Shown: positions 43,642 to 51,724 of the stretch, piece by piece
Layout of the letters: every line of letters begins with the position of its first letter
How positions within the stretch are numbered: the first letter of the stretch is position 1
Source: an uncultured Polyangiaceae bacterium
Lineage (GTDB): Bacteria; Myxococcota_A; Polyangia; Polyangiales; Polyangiaceae
Direction of reading: 5' to 3'
DNA length: 64,000 bases
Assembly (NCBI GenBank): GCA_964506835.1
Contig: CAZDNG010000020.1
Span: 14,847 to 78,846, forward strand
Program-made: the position numbers and the translations under genes
The notes under the pieces: model-generated
What the model saw: only the letters and a program-made list of their open reading frames with translations
Told to the model about the DNA's origin: nothing
The model's database searches: none

Positions 43642-44229
43642 GTGACCACCCTGCCCTTTTACGTCGAGCCGACCGACCCGCCGTCGAAGCAGGAGTTGCT
43701 CAAGGCGGCGCTGAAGCTCTTCGCGCGCGACGGCGTTCGAGAGTCGAGCATCCGGGCGGTGGCCGAGGAAGCCGGGTTCACCAACCCCGTGCTCTTCAAG
43801 TACTTCGACGGAAAAGACGCGCTGGCGCTGCACCTCTTCGAGCGCTGCTACCTCCGAATGGTCCGTGAGGCGACGGTTGCGCTCGCTGGGGGCGGCACGT
43901 TTCGCGAGCGGCTGAGGCGGCTCGTCGTCGGCATTCTCGCCCTGCTCGACGAGTCGCCCGACGCCGTCCTGTTCGTGAACGAGGAGCTTCGCCACTACTG
44001 GCGGCGATTATCGCCGGCGACGCGGCGCCACTCGCTCATCGGCCTCACGATGCGATTCTTCGAAGACGGCGAAGTGACGAAGGCGATCGAGCCGACGCTG
44101 CTCGTCGCGGCCTTCTGGGGCCTCTTCGGGCAGTTCGCCCGCATGCACGCCTTCGGGGAGTGGAAGGGGCCGGCCGTGGATGCCGCCCCTCAGCTCGAGG
44201 CGCTGATTTTCAAGATGCTCGGGTCGTGA
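43642..44229 (+). CDS. TetR/AcrR-family transcriptional regulator
   Basis: HTH VRESSIRAVAEEAGFTNPVLFKYFDGKDAL. Confidence 0.85.
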   Translation: MTTLPFYVEPTDPPSKQELLKAALKLFARDGVRESSIRAVAEEAGFTNPVLFKYFDGKDALALHLFERCYLRMVREATVALAGGGTFRERLRRLVVGILALLDESPDAVLFVNEELRHYWRRLSPATRRHSLIGLTMRFFEDGEVTKAIEPTLLVAAFWGLFGQFARMHAFGEWKGPAVDAAPQLEALIFKMLGS

Positions 44230-44256
44230 CCCTTTTTTTGTCCCAGGAGTTAGCAA

Positions 44257-45165
44257 ATGCTCACCCAATCATCCAATGTGTTCGATGTATTCGTCCTAGG
44301 AGCTTCGGGTTTCGTGGGGGCCGCTACGATCGACGCGGCGCTCGAGGCCGGTCTGTCGGTCGGCGCGTGGGCTCGCACCGAAGCGCAAGCACAACTGCTC
44401 CGGCGACGGGGCGTGCAGGTGACGGCCCCGCCGGAGATCCCGGTCGCCAAGGTGGTCATCGATCTCGTTCAGCCGAAGCTTCCCGCTCGGTTGAGTCACG
44501 CGGCACTTGCCCGCGCTGCCGAGTACCGCGTCGGCGTCACGCACTCGGTGCTTTCGGCGTTGCCGCGCGGCGCCCTGCTCTTCTCCGTCAGCGGCACCGA
44601 CGACTTGGAAGGCGACGTGATTGGCCACCGCTCGCCGTTCGCCCTGAAGCCCAAGGGCTTCGCCTGCATCGGCGCGCGCGTGCGCGGCGAGGTGGTCGCG
44701 TCCGGGACGCCGTTCGCGTCGCTGCATCTGGGCACGGTCTACGGACCGGGGAAGGCATTCGCGGCGATGGTGTTTCCGCAGCTCGCGAAGGGGCGGCTGC
44801 CCATCATCGGCAACGGCGCGAATCGGCTTCCGTTGATTCACGTCGAGGACGCGGCGCGCGCGATGATTCACCTTGCTGCACTCGACGAATCGCAGCTTCG
44901 CGCGCACCCGTGGATCGTCACCGACGGCACGGCCACCACGCAGCGCGCGCTGCTCGAGCTGGGAGCGAAATTGCTCGGAGGGCCTGCGCCACGCGCGGTG
45001 CCACGCTGGCTCGCCTCGCTCGTTGCCGGTTCGGTCGCGGCGTCGTCGTTCTCGCGTGACGTCCCCACGGACGCCTCGGCCTTGTTCTCGACGGGATTCA
45101 CGCTCCGCTACCCAACGATCGAGACCGGGCTACCGGCGAGCATCGCGCGCTGGGAGGCCGCGTGA
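44257..45165 (+). CDS. NAD(P)-binding epimerase/dehydratase-family (atypical SDR) protein
   Basis: VFVLGASGFVGAA Rossmann motif, about 300 aa. Confidence 0.7.
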   Translation: MLTQSSNVFDVFVLGASGFVGAATIDAALEAGLSVGAWARTEAQAQLLRRRGVQVTAPPEIPVAKVVIDLVQPKLPARLSHAALARAAEYRVGVTHSVLSALPRGALLFSVSGTDDLEGDVIGHRSPFALKPKGFACIGARVRGEVVASGTPFASLHLGTVYGPGKAFAAMVFPQLAKGRLPIIGNGANRLPLIHVEDAARAMIHLAALDESQLRAHPWIVTDGTATTQRALLELGAKLLGGPAPRAVPRWLASLVAGSVAASSFSRDVPTDASALFSTGFTLRYPTIETGLPASIARWEAA

Positions 45166-45686
45166 AACGGGCACTCGTGACGGCGCTCGCGGTCGGCGCG
45201 TTCATCGTCGAGAACGGCTTCGACTTCGTCGGCTCGGTCCCGTATTTCCGTCGGCTCACCGGTGGCCTCGGCATTCTCGACATGCTGCCCTTGCCCGACC
45301 CAGCGCGGGCCCACCGCGCGCTCGCGCTGCTCGGTCACGACGGCCGCCACCAATACGCGATCCTGCTCGGCACGTTCGACGTGCTCTTCCCGCTCACGCT
45401 GGCGCTCTTCTTTCGCGCATGGCTCGGCGGACGCTGGCGCTTCTTGCCGTGGGTGACGCTGGGGCTCGACTACGCCGAAAATATCGCCTGCGGGGTGCTC
45501 GTCGCGACGTTTCCGAACGAGAACGCGACCGTCGCGTCGCTCGCCGGTGTGCTCACCGCCGCGAAGTTCGTCGGCTATGCGGCGTGTCTGCTCGCCGTGC
45601 TGTCGCTAGCGGTGCGCTCGCTGATCCGAGCGATTACTTCCAGGTCACGCGAATTGCAACGACCTGATTCGCATCCATCCAGGTGA
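45162..45686 (+). CDS. membrane protein (unknown function)
   Basis: GTGA overlap with the upstream stop. Four predicted TM helices. Confidence 0.55.
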   Translation: MKRALVTALAVGAFIVENGFDFVGSVPYFRRLTGGLGILDMLPLPDPARAHRALALLGHDGRHQYAILLGTFDVLFPLTLALFFRAWLGGRWRFLPWVTLGLDYAENIACGVLVATFPNENATVASLAGVLTAAKFVGYAACLLAVLSLAVRSLIRAITSRSRELQRPDSHPSR

Positions 45687-45782
45687 CGAGCAGCGTTTTG
45701 CCCGGGGCGTCGAATTCCGGATGCGGCGCGATGCAGTACCGGAGGGTGCTGACCGCCCTTTTCGAACGCCCGCGCGAATCCC

Positions 45783-46289
45783 TCAACGCATGAGGATCGG
45801 AGCGTAACGATCGAAGAAGGCGTAGACCCCGGTTTTCGAGAGCTCGAAACGGCTCCCGAATCGCTCGCGAAGAAGGTCGATGCTCGCGATCGACTCGCCG
45901 CGATTCATGGCCGTGAACTTCTCTGGCACAAGGCCCGGGGCAACGTTCATGAAGAATTGATGCGCCAGCGCACGCAAATGAAGCCGCACGTGACGGACGT
46001 CTGCGTCGTTCACTCGGAGGACCCTCTTCGCATCGCGCTCGAGCTCGGCGCAAAAGTGTTCGACGGCGTAGTACTCGCCTTGTTGGGGCCCGTAGTTTTC
46101 GCCGACGAGCGCAGCAGCGACGGCGCCGAGGGCGCCGTGATGGCGGAGCCCCGCGCCGAAGCCCGCCTTCAGCGCCGGCCCGACCCCGGTGTCGCAGAGC
46201 ACGACCTCGCGCGGAAAGAAAAAGAACGTCCAATTCGAGAGTCCCCCGCGCGTCGTGAGGCCGGTCATCGCGAACGGCGGAACGAACAT
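45783..46289 (-). CDS. hypothetical protein
   Basis: 168-aa ORF with balanced composition. The overlapping 330-aa ORF 45634..46626 is Arg-rich and looks non-coding. Confidence 0.5.
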   Translation of the reverse strand: MFVPPFAMTGLTTRGGLSNWTFFFFPREVVLCDTGVGPALKAGFGAGLRHHGALGAVAAALVGENYGPQQGEYYAVEHFCAELERDAKRVLRVNDADVRHVRLHLRALAHQFFMNVAPGLVPEKFTAMNRGESIASIDLLRERFGSRFELSKTGVYAFFDRYAPILMR

Positions 46290-46326
46290 CGGCGCATTCT
46301 AGTACGCGCCGTCGGCGTATTGGTGA

Positions 46327-46527
46327 GTGGGCCTCGCCGAACGTGAGAACCGAATCGCGCTGGTCTTCAGTCTGTCGACGACGGCGATGCTCGTCGCGGG
46401 GCCGCTCGTCTTTTACAGCACGGTATTGGCCGTGATTCTCTGGACGGTGCTCTACGCACGCCGCGCGCGACCGCGCATCGTAGCCATCCTGGCCGAGGCC
46501 CTTCCCGACCGTCGACCCTTGCCGTGA
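46327..46527 (+). CDS. possible small two-TM membrane protein
   Basis: 66 aa, GTG start, two hydrophobic helices. Weak call. Confidence 0.3.
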   Translation: MGLAERENRIALVFSLSTTAMLVAGPLVFYSTVLAVILWTVLYARRARPRIVAILAEALPDRRPLP

Positions 46528-46738
46528 CCGGCGGGTAGCAATTCGAGCGAGGAGTTCGCGACGTTCCACCGGTTCTAAGTGAATCACGGACACGCGTGGC
46601 CTCGATGCGACGACATCCGGGGCCATGTTCGGCGAACGTGACGGCGCGATCGTCTTTCACCTCGCGATCTCTCCTCGTCGCGCCCCGCTCGATGCTAAGC
46701 GAAAGGACGGCGCGGGAGAGCAGGGTCCGATGCAGAGC

Positions 46739-48175
46739 ATGGGGATACCAAACCGTGGGCTTCGCGCTTGGTCCGCCGCGCAGGGTTCGCGTCGCTTCGC
46801 GGTCGTCGTCGTTGCGCTCGCGGCCATGGGCTGCGGTGAAACACGCTCCGGTGCGTCGGACGCCGGCGCGCTCGCGTCGGGAGGCTTGGCCGGCGCTTCC
46901 GGTGCGGGCAGCGCCTTCGGAGGCGGGGGTCGTTCCGAGAACGGGGGCGCACCGAACGTTTCCAAGCCGTCGGAGACCGGTGGATCCGGCGAGCATCAGG
47001 ATGCCGCCGCGCAAGACTCGGGACACCCGAACGGATCTCGGGACGCGTCGCTCGCGGACGCCGGGCCGCGCGACTCCGGAAGTGGCTACGACGGAGGCGC
47101 GTCGCCGAACGACGCGGCGACGGTTCCGTGCGCGCTAGACGATCTCGCCGACGGCGGCGCTCCCCAACAAAGCGACGGGCGAATCACGTATTTCGAACCC
47201 TCTTCTCTCTGCGACGAGCGCGGGATCGGCGGATTCACCGTAGGACCGGACGGCGACGTCTGGTTCACGGCCACTTTGGCGAGCGGGGCACTACCCAAGA
47301 GCTCGGTACCAGGTTCGTTCGTCGGGCGCTTGAGTCCAACGGGGCGCATCAGTCGATTCGCCGTGCCGGCGAACGACCCGGCGACTCCGCTCGGCCCCAT
47401 CGTGAACGGCTCCGACGGCAACCTCTGGTTCCTCGACGGCTCGCGTATCGCACGCATCACGCCGTCCGGCGAGCTCCGTCAATTCGACTTGCCGGACCCT
47501 CCCGGGTCGCTGGTGGAGGGCGGGGATGGCAACCTCTGGTTCACGGTAAGCGCCAACTCGAGCGTCGGGCGGCTCACGACCGCCGGCGGGGTCGCCGAGT
47601 TTCCGGTTCCATCGGCGATCACACTCACCGCGACGTGCACCGATCCGAACGGAGGCATCGCATTGGCCGCCATCGGCAAAGCGACCGACGGCGGCTACTT
47701 CTCCGAAGTCGATCGCGTCGGTGCGGACGGGGCCATCCGGCACGCCAGCGACGCCGCACCCTCGGCGCTCTCGGTGGATCCTTCGGGCACGCTCTGGATG
47801 GCCCTCGACGAGCTTGGCGATGCTCACTCCACGATCCGAAGATTGAACTCCGGGGTTGCCCCGACGGATTTCTCGATCGCCGCCCACGTCCTCGGCCTCA
47901 CTGCGAAACCCGGACACATCGCTTTCACGGGCCTTGCGGTAGGCTCGCAAGAATACCTGGGCGCCGTGGGCACGCTCGACGTCGTGACGGGCTCCGTGGA
48001 CACGCACGAGCTCACCGGCCCTCCGCCGTTCGCAGGGTTGGAGTTCGTGTTCGAGCCGACTTCGCCGTCGTGGGCGCCGGACGGCAGCGTCTGGTTCGTC
48101 GTGACCGTGAACTCACGCCTCCTCCCGACTGGGCCCACTCAGGGGCTCTACATCGGTCGGCTCTCGCCTCAGTAG
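46739..48175 (+). CDS. lipoprotein with a Vgb (streptogramin-lyase)-like / NHL-like beta-propeller
   Basis: ATG at 46739. Lipobox ALAAMGC. Gly-rich linker. Repeats GPDGDVWFT, GSDGNLWFL..ARITPSGELRQFDLP and GGDGNLWFT..VGRLTTAGGVAEFPVP. Confidence 0.65.
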   Translation: MGIPNRGLRAWSAAQGSRRFAVVVVALAAMGCGETRSGASDAGALASGGLAGASGAGSAFGGGGRSENGGAPNVSKPSETGGSGEHQDAAAQDSGHPNGSRDASLADAGPRDSGSGYDGGASPNDAATVPCALDDLADGGAPQQSDGRITYFEPSSLCDERGIGGFTVGPDGDVWFTATLASGALPKSSVPGSFVGRLSPTGRISRFAVPANDPATPLGPIVNGSDGNLWFLDGSRIARITPSGELRQFDLPDPPGSLVEGGDGNLWFTVSANSSVGRLTTAGGVAEFPVPSAITLTATCTDPNGGIALAAIGKATDGGYFSEVDRVGADGAIRHASDAAPSALSVDPSGTLWMALDELGDAHSTIRRLNSGVAPTDFSIAAHVLGLTAKPGHIAFTGLAVGSQEYLGAVGTLDVVTGSVDTHELTGPPPFAGLEFVFEPTSPSWAPDGSVWFVVTVNSRLLPTGPTQGLYIGRLSPQ

Positions 48176-48314
48176 CGTTGCTGTCGACCGGCGCGGTCGA
48201 GCTCTACTCGCGTGGCCGGAGGCTCCGAGTCATGAAGATGCATCCTTGGACCGAGCGAACCGCAATTGATACGCTAGCGTAGGCCCGGACCAACACCTGA
48301 GCCGAGAGGACACC

Positions 48315-49859
48315 TTGGTCTACGACGTGATCATCGCGGGGGCCGGCCCAGTAGGCCTGTTCCTGGCCTGCGAGCTGCGACTCGCGAAGTGCTCCGTGCT
48401 GGTGCTCGAACAATTGGAGGATCCGCATTCGCCTCTGAAACGGGTCCCGTTTGGAATGCGAGGACTCTGGGGTCCAAGCATCGAAGCGTTCTATCGGCGC
48501 GGCCTCCTCGAGCGAATCGCGTCGCAACCTCGTGCCGACGGTGATGCTCCTGGTCAGCCGAGACCTGGATCCATGGCGTCCGGATCACCGCGCCGCGGTC
48601 CGGCCGGGCACTTCGCGGGCATCCAATTTGACTACAGCAACATCGATGCGTCGCGCTGGACGTACCGACTACCGGGCCCGGCCGACGCCCTATTGGGTCG
48701 CGAAATGGAGCATCTCGAGCGCGTCCTCGCTACTCACGCCCTCTCCGTCGGAGTCGAGATCCAGCGCGGCCACGGCGTCGAAGCCTTCGCGGCTTCGAAC
48801 GATGAAGTCACCGTCAGCACCGGCGAGCAGCGCCTTCGCGCGCGCTTTCTCGTGGGTTGCGACGGCGGCCGCAGCACGGTTCGCAAGCAGGGGGGCTTCG
48901 AGTTCGTTGGGACCGAGCCGGAGTTCACGGGATATTCGGTCCAAGTCGAAATCGCCGACCCTGAGAAACTCCCTCTCGGCCGTCACTACACGCCGACAGG
49001 CATGTACACTCAGTGGCAGCCAGGAGTGGTCGCGATTGCCGACTTCGACCGCGGCGCATTTCATCGCACCCAGCCCGTCACCTGCGAGCACGTGCAAGCG
49101 GTCTTACGACGCGTGTCCTGCACCGACGTGACCCTCAACGCGTTGAACCTCGCCACGACCTGGACCGACCGCGCGCAGCAAGCAACGACCTACCGCAAGG
49201 GAAGAGTGCTGCTGGCGGGCGACGCCGCTCACATTCATTCACCGCTAGGCGGGCAAGGCTTGAACCTTGGACTCGGAGACGCAATGAACCTCGGGTGGAA
49301 GCTCGCAGCAACCGTCCGCGGCGATGCCCCCGATGGCTTGCTCGAGAGCTACACCACGGAGCGGCATCCGGTCGGCGTGCGCATCCTCGATTGGACGCGG
49401 GCCCAGGTCGCGCTGATGCAACCTAACCGGCACGCGCGCGCGCTCGAATCCATCCTCCGCGACCTCATCGATACGCGCGACGGCGCGACCTACTTCGCCG
49501 AACGTCTCTGGGGTGTGTCGCTCCGCTACGACCTCGGAGATGGACACCCGCTGGTCGGCCGCAGCTGCCCCGACTTCGAGCTGGAGGACGGAACGCGACT
49601 TGGCGCCCTGCTCCGAGATGGAAACGGTTTGCTGTTGGACTTCGGCCGGCGGGCGTCGCTCGAAGCGCTCGATGGCGTTTGGGGCGACCAGGTTAGGTAC
49701 GTGGCTAGCGACGCCAAGGATCGCCTGGGCCTCAGCGCATTGCTGGTGCGTCCCGACGGGTTCGTTGCGTGGGCGAGCGATACGACTCCCCGACCCGAGG
49801 AAGTCACCCGAGCCGCGGCGAGATGGTTCGCGACCCGCGAACATCGCGCCGGTACCTGA
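48315..49859 (+). CDS. FAD-dependent aromatic-ring monooxygenase (Rox/RdmE/PgaE-like class A flavoprotein)
   Basis: DVIIAGAGPVGL (GxGxxG), the GD motif LLAGDAAHIHSPLGGQGLNLGLGDAMNLGWKLA, and a thioredoxin-like C-terminal extension. TTG start. Confidence 0.8.
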   Translation: MVYDVIIAGAGPVGLFLACELRLAKCSVLVLEQLEDPHSPLKRVPFGMRGLWGPSIEAFYRRGLLERIASQPRADGDAPGQPRPGSMASGSPRRGPAGHFAGIQFDYSNIDASRWTYRLPGPADALLGREMEHLERVLATHALSVGVEIQRGHGVEAFAASNDEVTVSTGEQRLRARFLVGCDGGRSTVRKQGGFEFVGTEPEFTGYSVQVEIADPEKLPLGRHYTPTGMYTQWQPGVVAIADFDRGAFHRTQPVTCEHVQAVLRRVSCTDVTLNALNLATTWTDRAQQATTYRKGRVLLAGDAAHIHSPLGGQGLNLGLGDAMNLGWKLAATVRGDAPDGLLESYTTERHPVGVRILDWTRAQVALMQPNRHARALESILRDLIDTRDGATYFAERLWGVSLRYDLGDGHPLVGRSCPDFELEDGTRLGALLRDGNGLLLDFGRRASLEALDGVWGDQVRYVASDAKDRLGLSALLVRPDGFVAWASDTTPRPEEVTRAAARWFATREHRAGT

Positions 49860-49933
49860 CTAGAAGCCGTTACGGGTTTGTCCCTGCAGGTAAGACACTT
49901 GGGGGTTCGTCGGGGGCCGCCGGGAAGCCGCGC

Positions 49934-50691
49934 TTACTTGGCAGCGCGCCCCTCGACTGGTTCAGGATACTTCGTCCCTCCCACGACTTCGTCCATGTTG
50001 ATATCGCTCCAATTGAAATGCTCGACTTCCCTCGTCTTGCGCCCCAGAAATTCGCTGCCGCAGTAGAGCCCCTTCACGGGTCGGAATCTCAGACTATCGT
50101 GCGCGAGCTTCGAGAACCTTCCGACGATGGGGTTCGAAGCGCCCGCCTGTAGGCATTCGAAACCCAGAGCCGGGGAAAACAGCACCTTGAGTTCCATTGT
50201 CGCTGAACTGAAAGAAGTGCCAAGGTCTTTCATGGGACCCAAAGGAAAAGTGCGTCGCGACGAGCACCGTGCCCCCAACCTTCAGCAATTTTGCGATCTC
50301 GGTGGCGACGACCCACGGCATGGCGAAGTGTTCGAACACTGCGACTGAATAGATGACGTCGAAGTGTTGAGCGTCGAAATACTGGGACAACTTGTGAGCG
50401 TCGCCGACGACATCCACGTTCGCCCCTGGATGAAAATCAAAACCGACGTATTCAGCCTTCGAAAATCGTTCACGAGCATTCGATTTGCCGGTTACCTCGC
50501 GGCTCCCAATCTCGAGAATCCTTAGCTCCCTCGTGATTTCCAACATCGACCAGGTGTTGAAAATAGTCGAACTCCGGAGTCGGGACATTGGGGTCCAGGT
50601 ACCCACGATCCGCAAACGATCCGAATAGCCCCATGAACGTTCGGTAGCCCGCCAGAAGAGCCTTCTTGCCGACTCCGGTTGTTTTGCTCAA
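49934..50691 (-). pseudogene. class I SAM-dependent methyltransferase with two frameshifts
   Basis: Three consecutive ORFs in different frames (50691-50470, 50615-50094, 50278-49934) read through as one protein: ..FDYFQHLVD / LEITRELRILEIGS..VGFDFHPGANVDVVGDAH..VLVATHFSFGSHERPWHFFQFSDNG / LKVLFSPALGFECL... The junctions are near 50540 and 50200. Confidence 0.6.
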
Positions 50692-50873
50692 CGGTTCGTC
50701 TTTCTTTTGTGACGCTTCGAGTTCGGCCGCAAAGCGCTCGGCGAGCTGGAATTTACCGGCATTTCCACCACTCCTCCGCGATCAGAAACGCGAGGGTAAC
50801 GCTCTACCATGCGGAGTTCAAGAAGACGCGTCGTCGTTCGCGGTCTGACACCGCGGAGCGCCCCTGCATCGCG

Positions 50874-51189
50874 CGCCGAGGAAACGCTCCAGCGGCGGGG
50901 CCAACGCTCGTCGGGAACGCGGGCGAGGGCTCGCCGCGGGCCGAGATGAGGGAATTTCGCGCGCGAGAGTGACGCAGATCATGCGAGCACTGACGAAGCT
51001 GCGGCGACGACGAAGCATCTCTGGCCTGGGAAGGCGAAGGCTGGAACGCTCCGCGGAATCGCGACCGAGATCGTTCTCACGACCGACGACGGAATGCCGA
51101 CAGCGTGCGCGCTGAACTTCGACCACGTAGCGCTCCCTCGACGCGACCGGCTTGGCTCCGTCATCACGAACCTTCCCTCGTTGCATTAG
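50874..51189 (+). pseudogene. PemK/MazF-family toxin remnant
   Basis: The C-terminal half RGIATEIVLTTDDGMPTACALNFDHVALPRRDRLGSVITNL (51052-51174) fits the MazF pattern RG.PTEV.L...DG.P..C......I..... The N-terminal half is recognisable only weakly and lies in another frame (RRG..PTLVGNAGEGSPR). No antitoxin ORF was seen. Confidence 0.45.
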
Positions 51190-51307
51190 GGCGAAACCGA
51201 GCGGGCTACTCATCGCGTGCGGTTTGACGCAGCCGTCGCCAGAGGACGTCTGCGGGTCTTGTTGCCTTCAGCGGCAGGTGCCGAACAGAACCGTGTGGTT
51301 CCGTGCC

Positions 51308-51522
51308 GTTGGTTCCCGAGGCTGGACTCGCCCGGCCAAGGCTTCACGCGAACGAAGCTCCCGTGGCCGCAGGCTCCGAGTCCAGGCGACTTGGCTCGAC
51401 TTGGTCGAGCAGTTGGCTCCAGAGGCTGGACTCGCCCAGTCAAGGCTTCACGCGAGCTCTGCTCGCGTGGCCGCAGGCTCCGAGTCCAGGCGAACTCGCG
51501 CGAGTGCTTCGCACCTCGCGCA
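51308..51522. repeat. two tandem units (104 nt and 111 nt), each beginning with a copy of the tRNA-Asn 3' end
   Basis: Unit B (51412-51522) begins with 23 nt identical to 51523-51545, which is the last 21 nt of the tRNA plus 2 nt. Unit A (51308-51411) matches 21 of those 23. Both units also share ..aaggcttcacgcga.. and ..gtggccgcaggctccgagtccaggcga.. blocks. Confidence 0.8.
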
Positions 51523-51524
51523 GT

Positions 51525-51600
51525 TGGCTCCAGAGGCTGGACTCGAACCAGCGACCCGGCGGTTAACAGCCGCCTGCTCTACCAACTGAGCTACTCTGGA
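51525..51600 (-). tRNA. tRNA-Asn: tRNA-Asn (anticodon GTT), CCA encoded
   Basis: The reverse complement folds as a cloverleaf: acceptor TCCAGAG/CTCTGGA, D arm GCTC-AGTTGGTA-GAGC, anticodon arm GGCGG-CTGTTAA-CCGCC, variable loop GGGTC, T arm GCTGG-TTCGAGT-CCAGC, discriminator G, CCA. Confidence 0.95.
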
Positions 51601-51724
51601 ATCGGGGCGGGAGACTAGCCGCGCGGTTCGCGACGTCAAGCACGACGAACGGCGGCGTGAAGGGCGGCTCGGGAGGGAGCGGGGAGCGTCGGTTCGGGGC
51701 GGGAATGGCGCCGAAACGGCTCGA

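Larger units (their letters stand above)
49870..51524. mobile_element. degenerate low-GC islet adjacent to tRNA-Asn (no integrase left)
   Basis: Two 60-nt lines counted inside it (50341, 50521) are 50% and 48% GC, versus 62-77% for lines counted outside. It contains only frameshifted genes and ends in tRNA-3'-end repeats. Confidence 0.45.

Noticed and set aside
49957-49966. ctggttcagg, weakly similar to the tRNA T-arm (ctggttcgag), considered as the distal att copy of the islet.
   Set aside because: Only about 8 of 10 nt match, the orientation is opposite to the tRNA, and it lies inside the methyltransferase coding remnant.
51152-51618. ORFs of 87-145 aa spanning the tRNA repeats (51152..51589, 51217..51618, 51303..51566) and the 276-aa ORF 51448..52278.
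   Set aside because: They run through the tRNA gene and its repeat units, or are antisense to the lipoprotein gene. Their composition is Arg/Ser/Pro-rich, so they are not coding.
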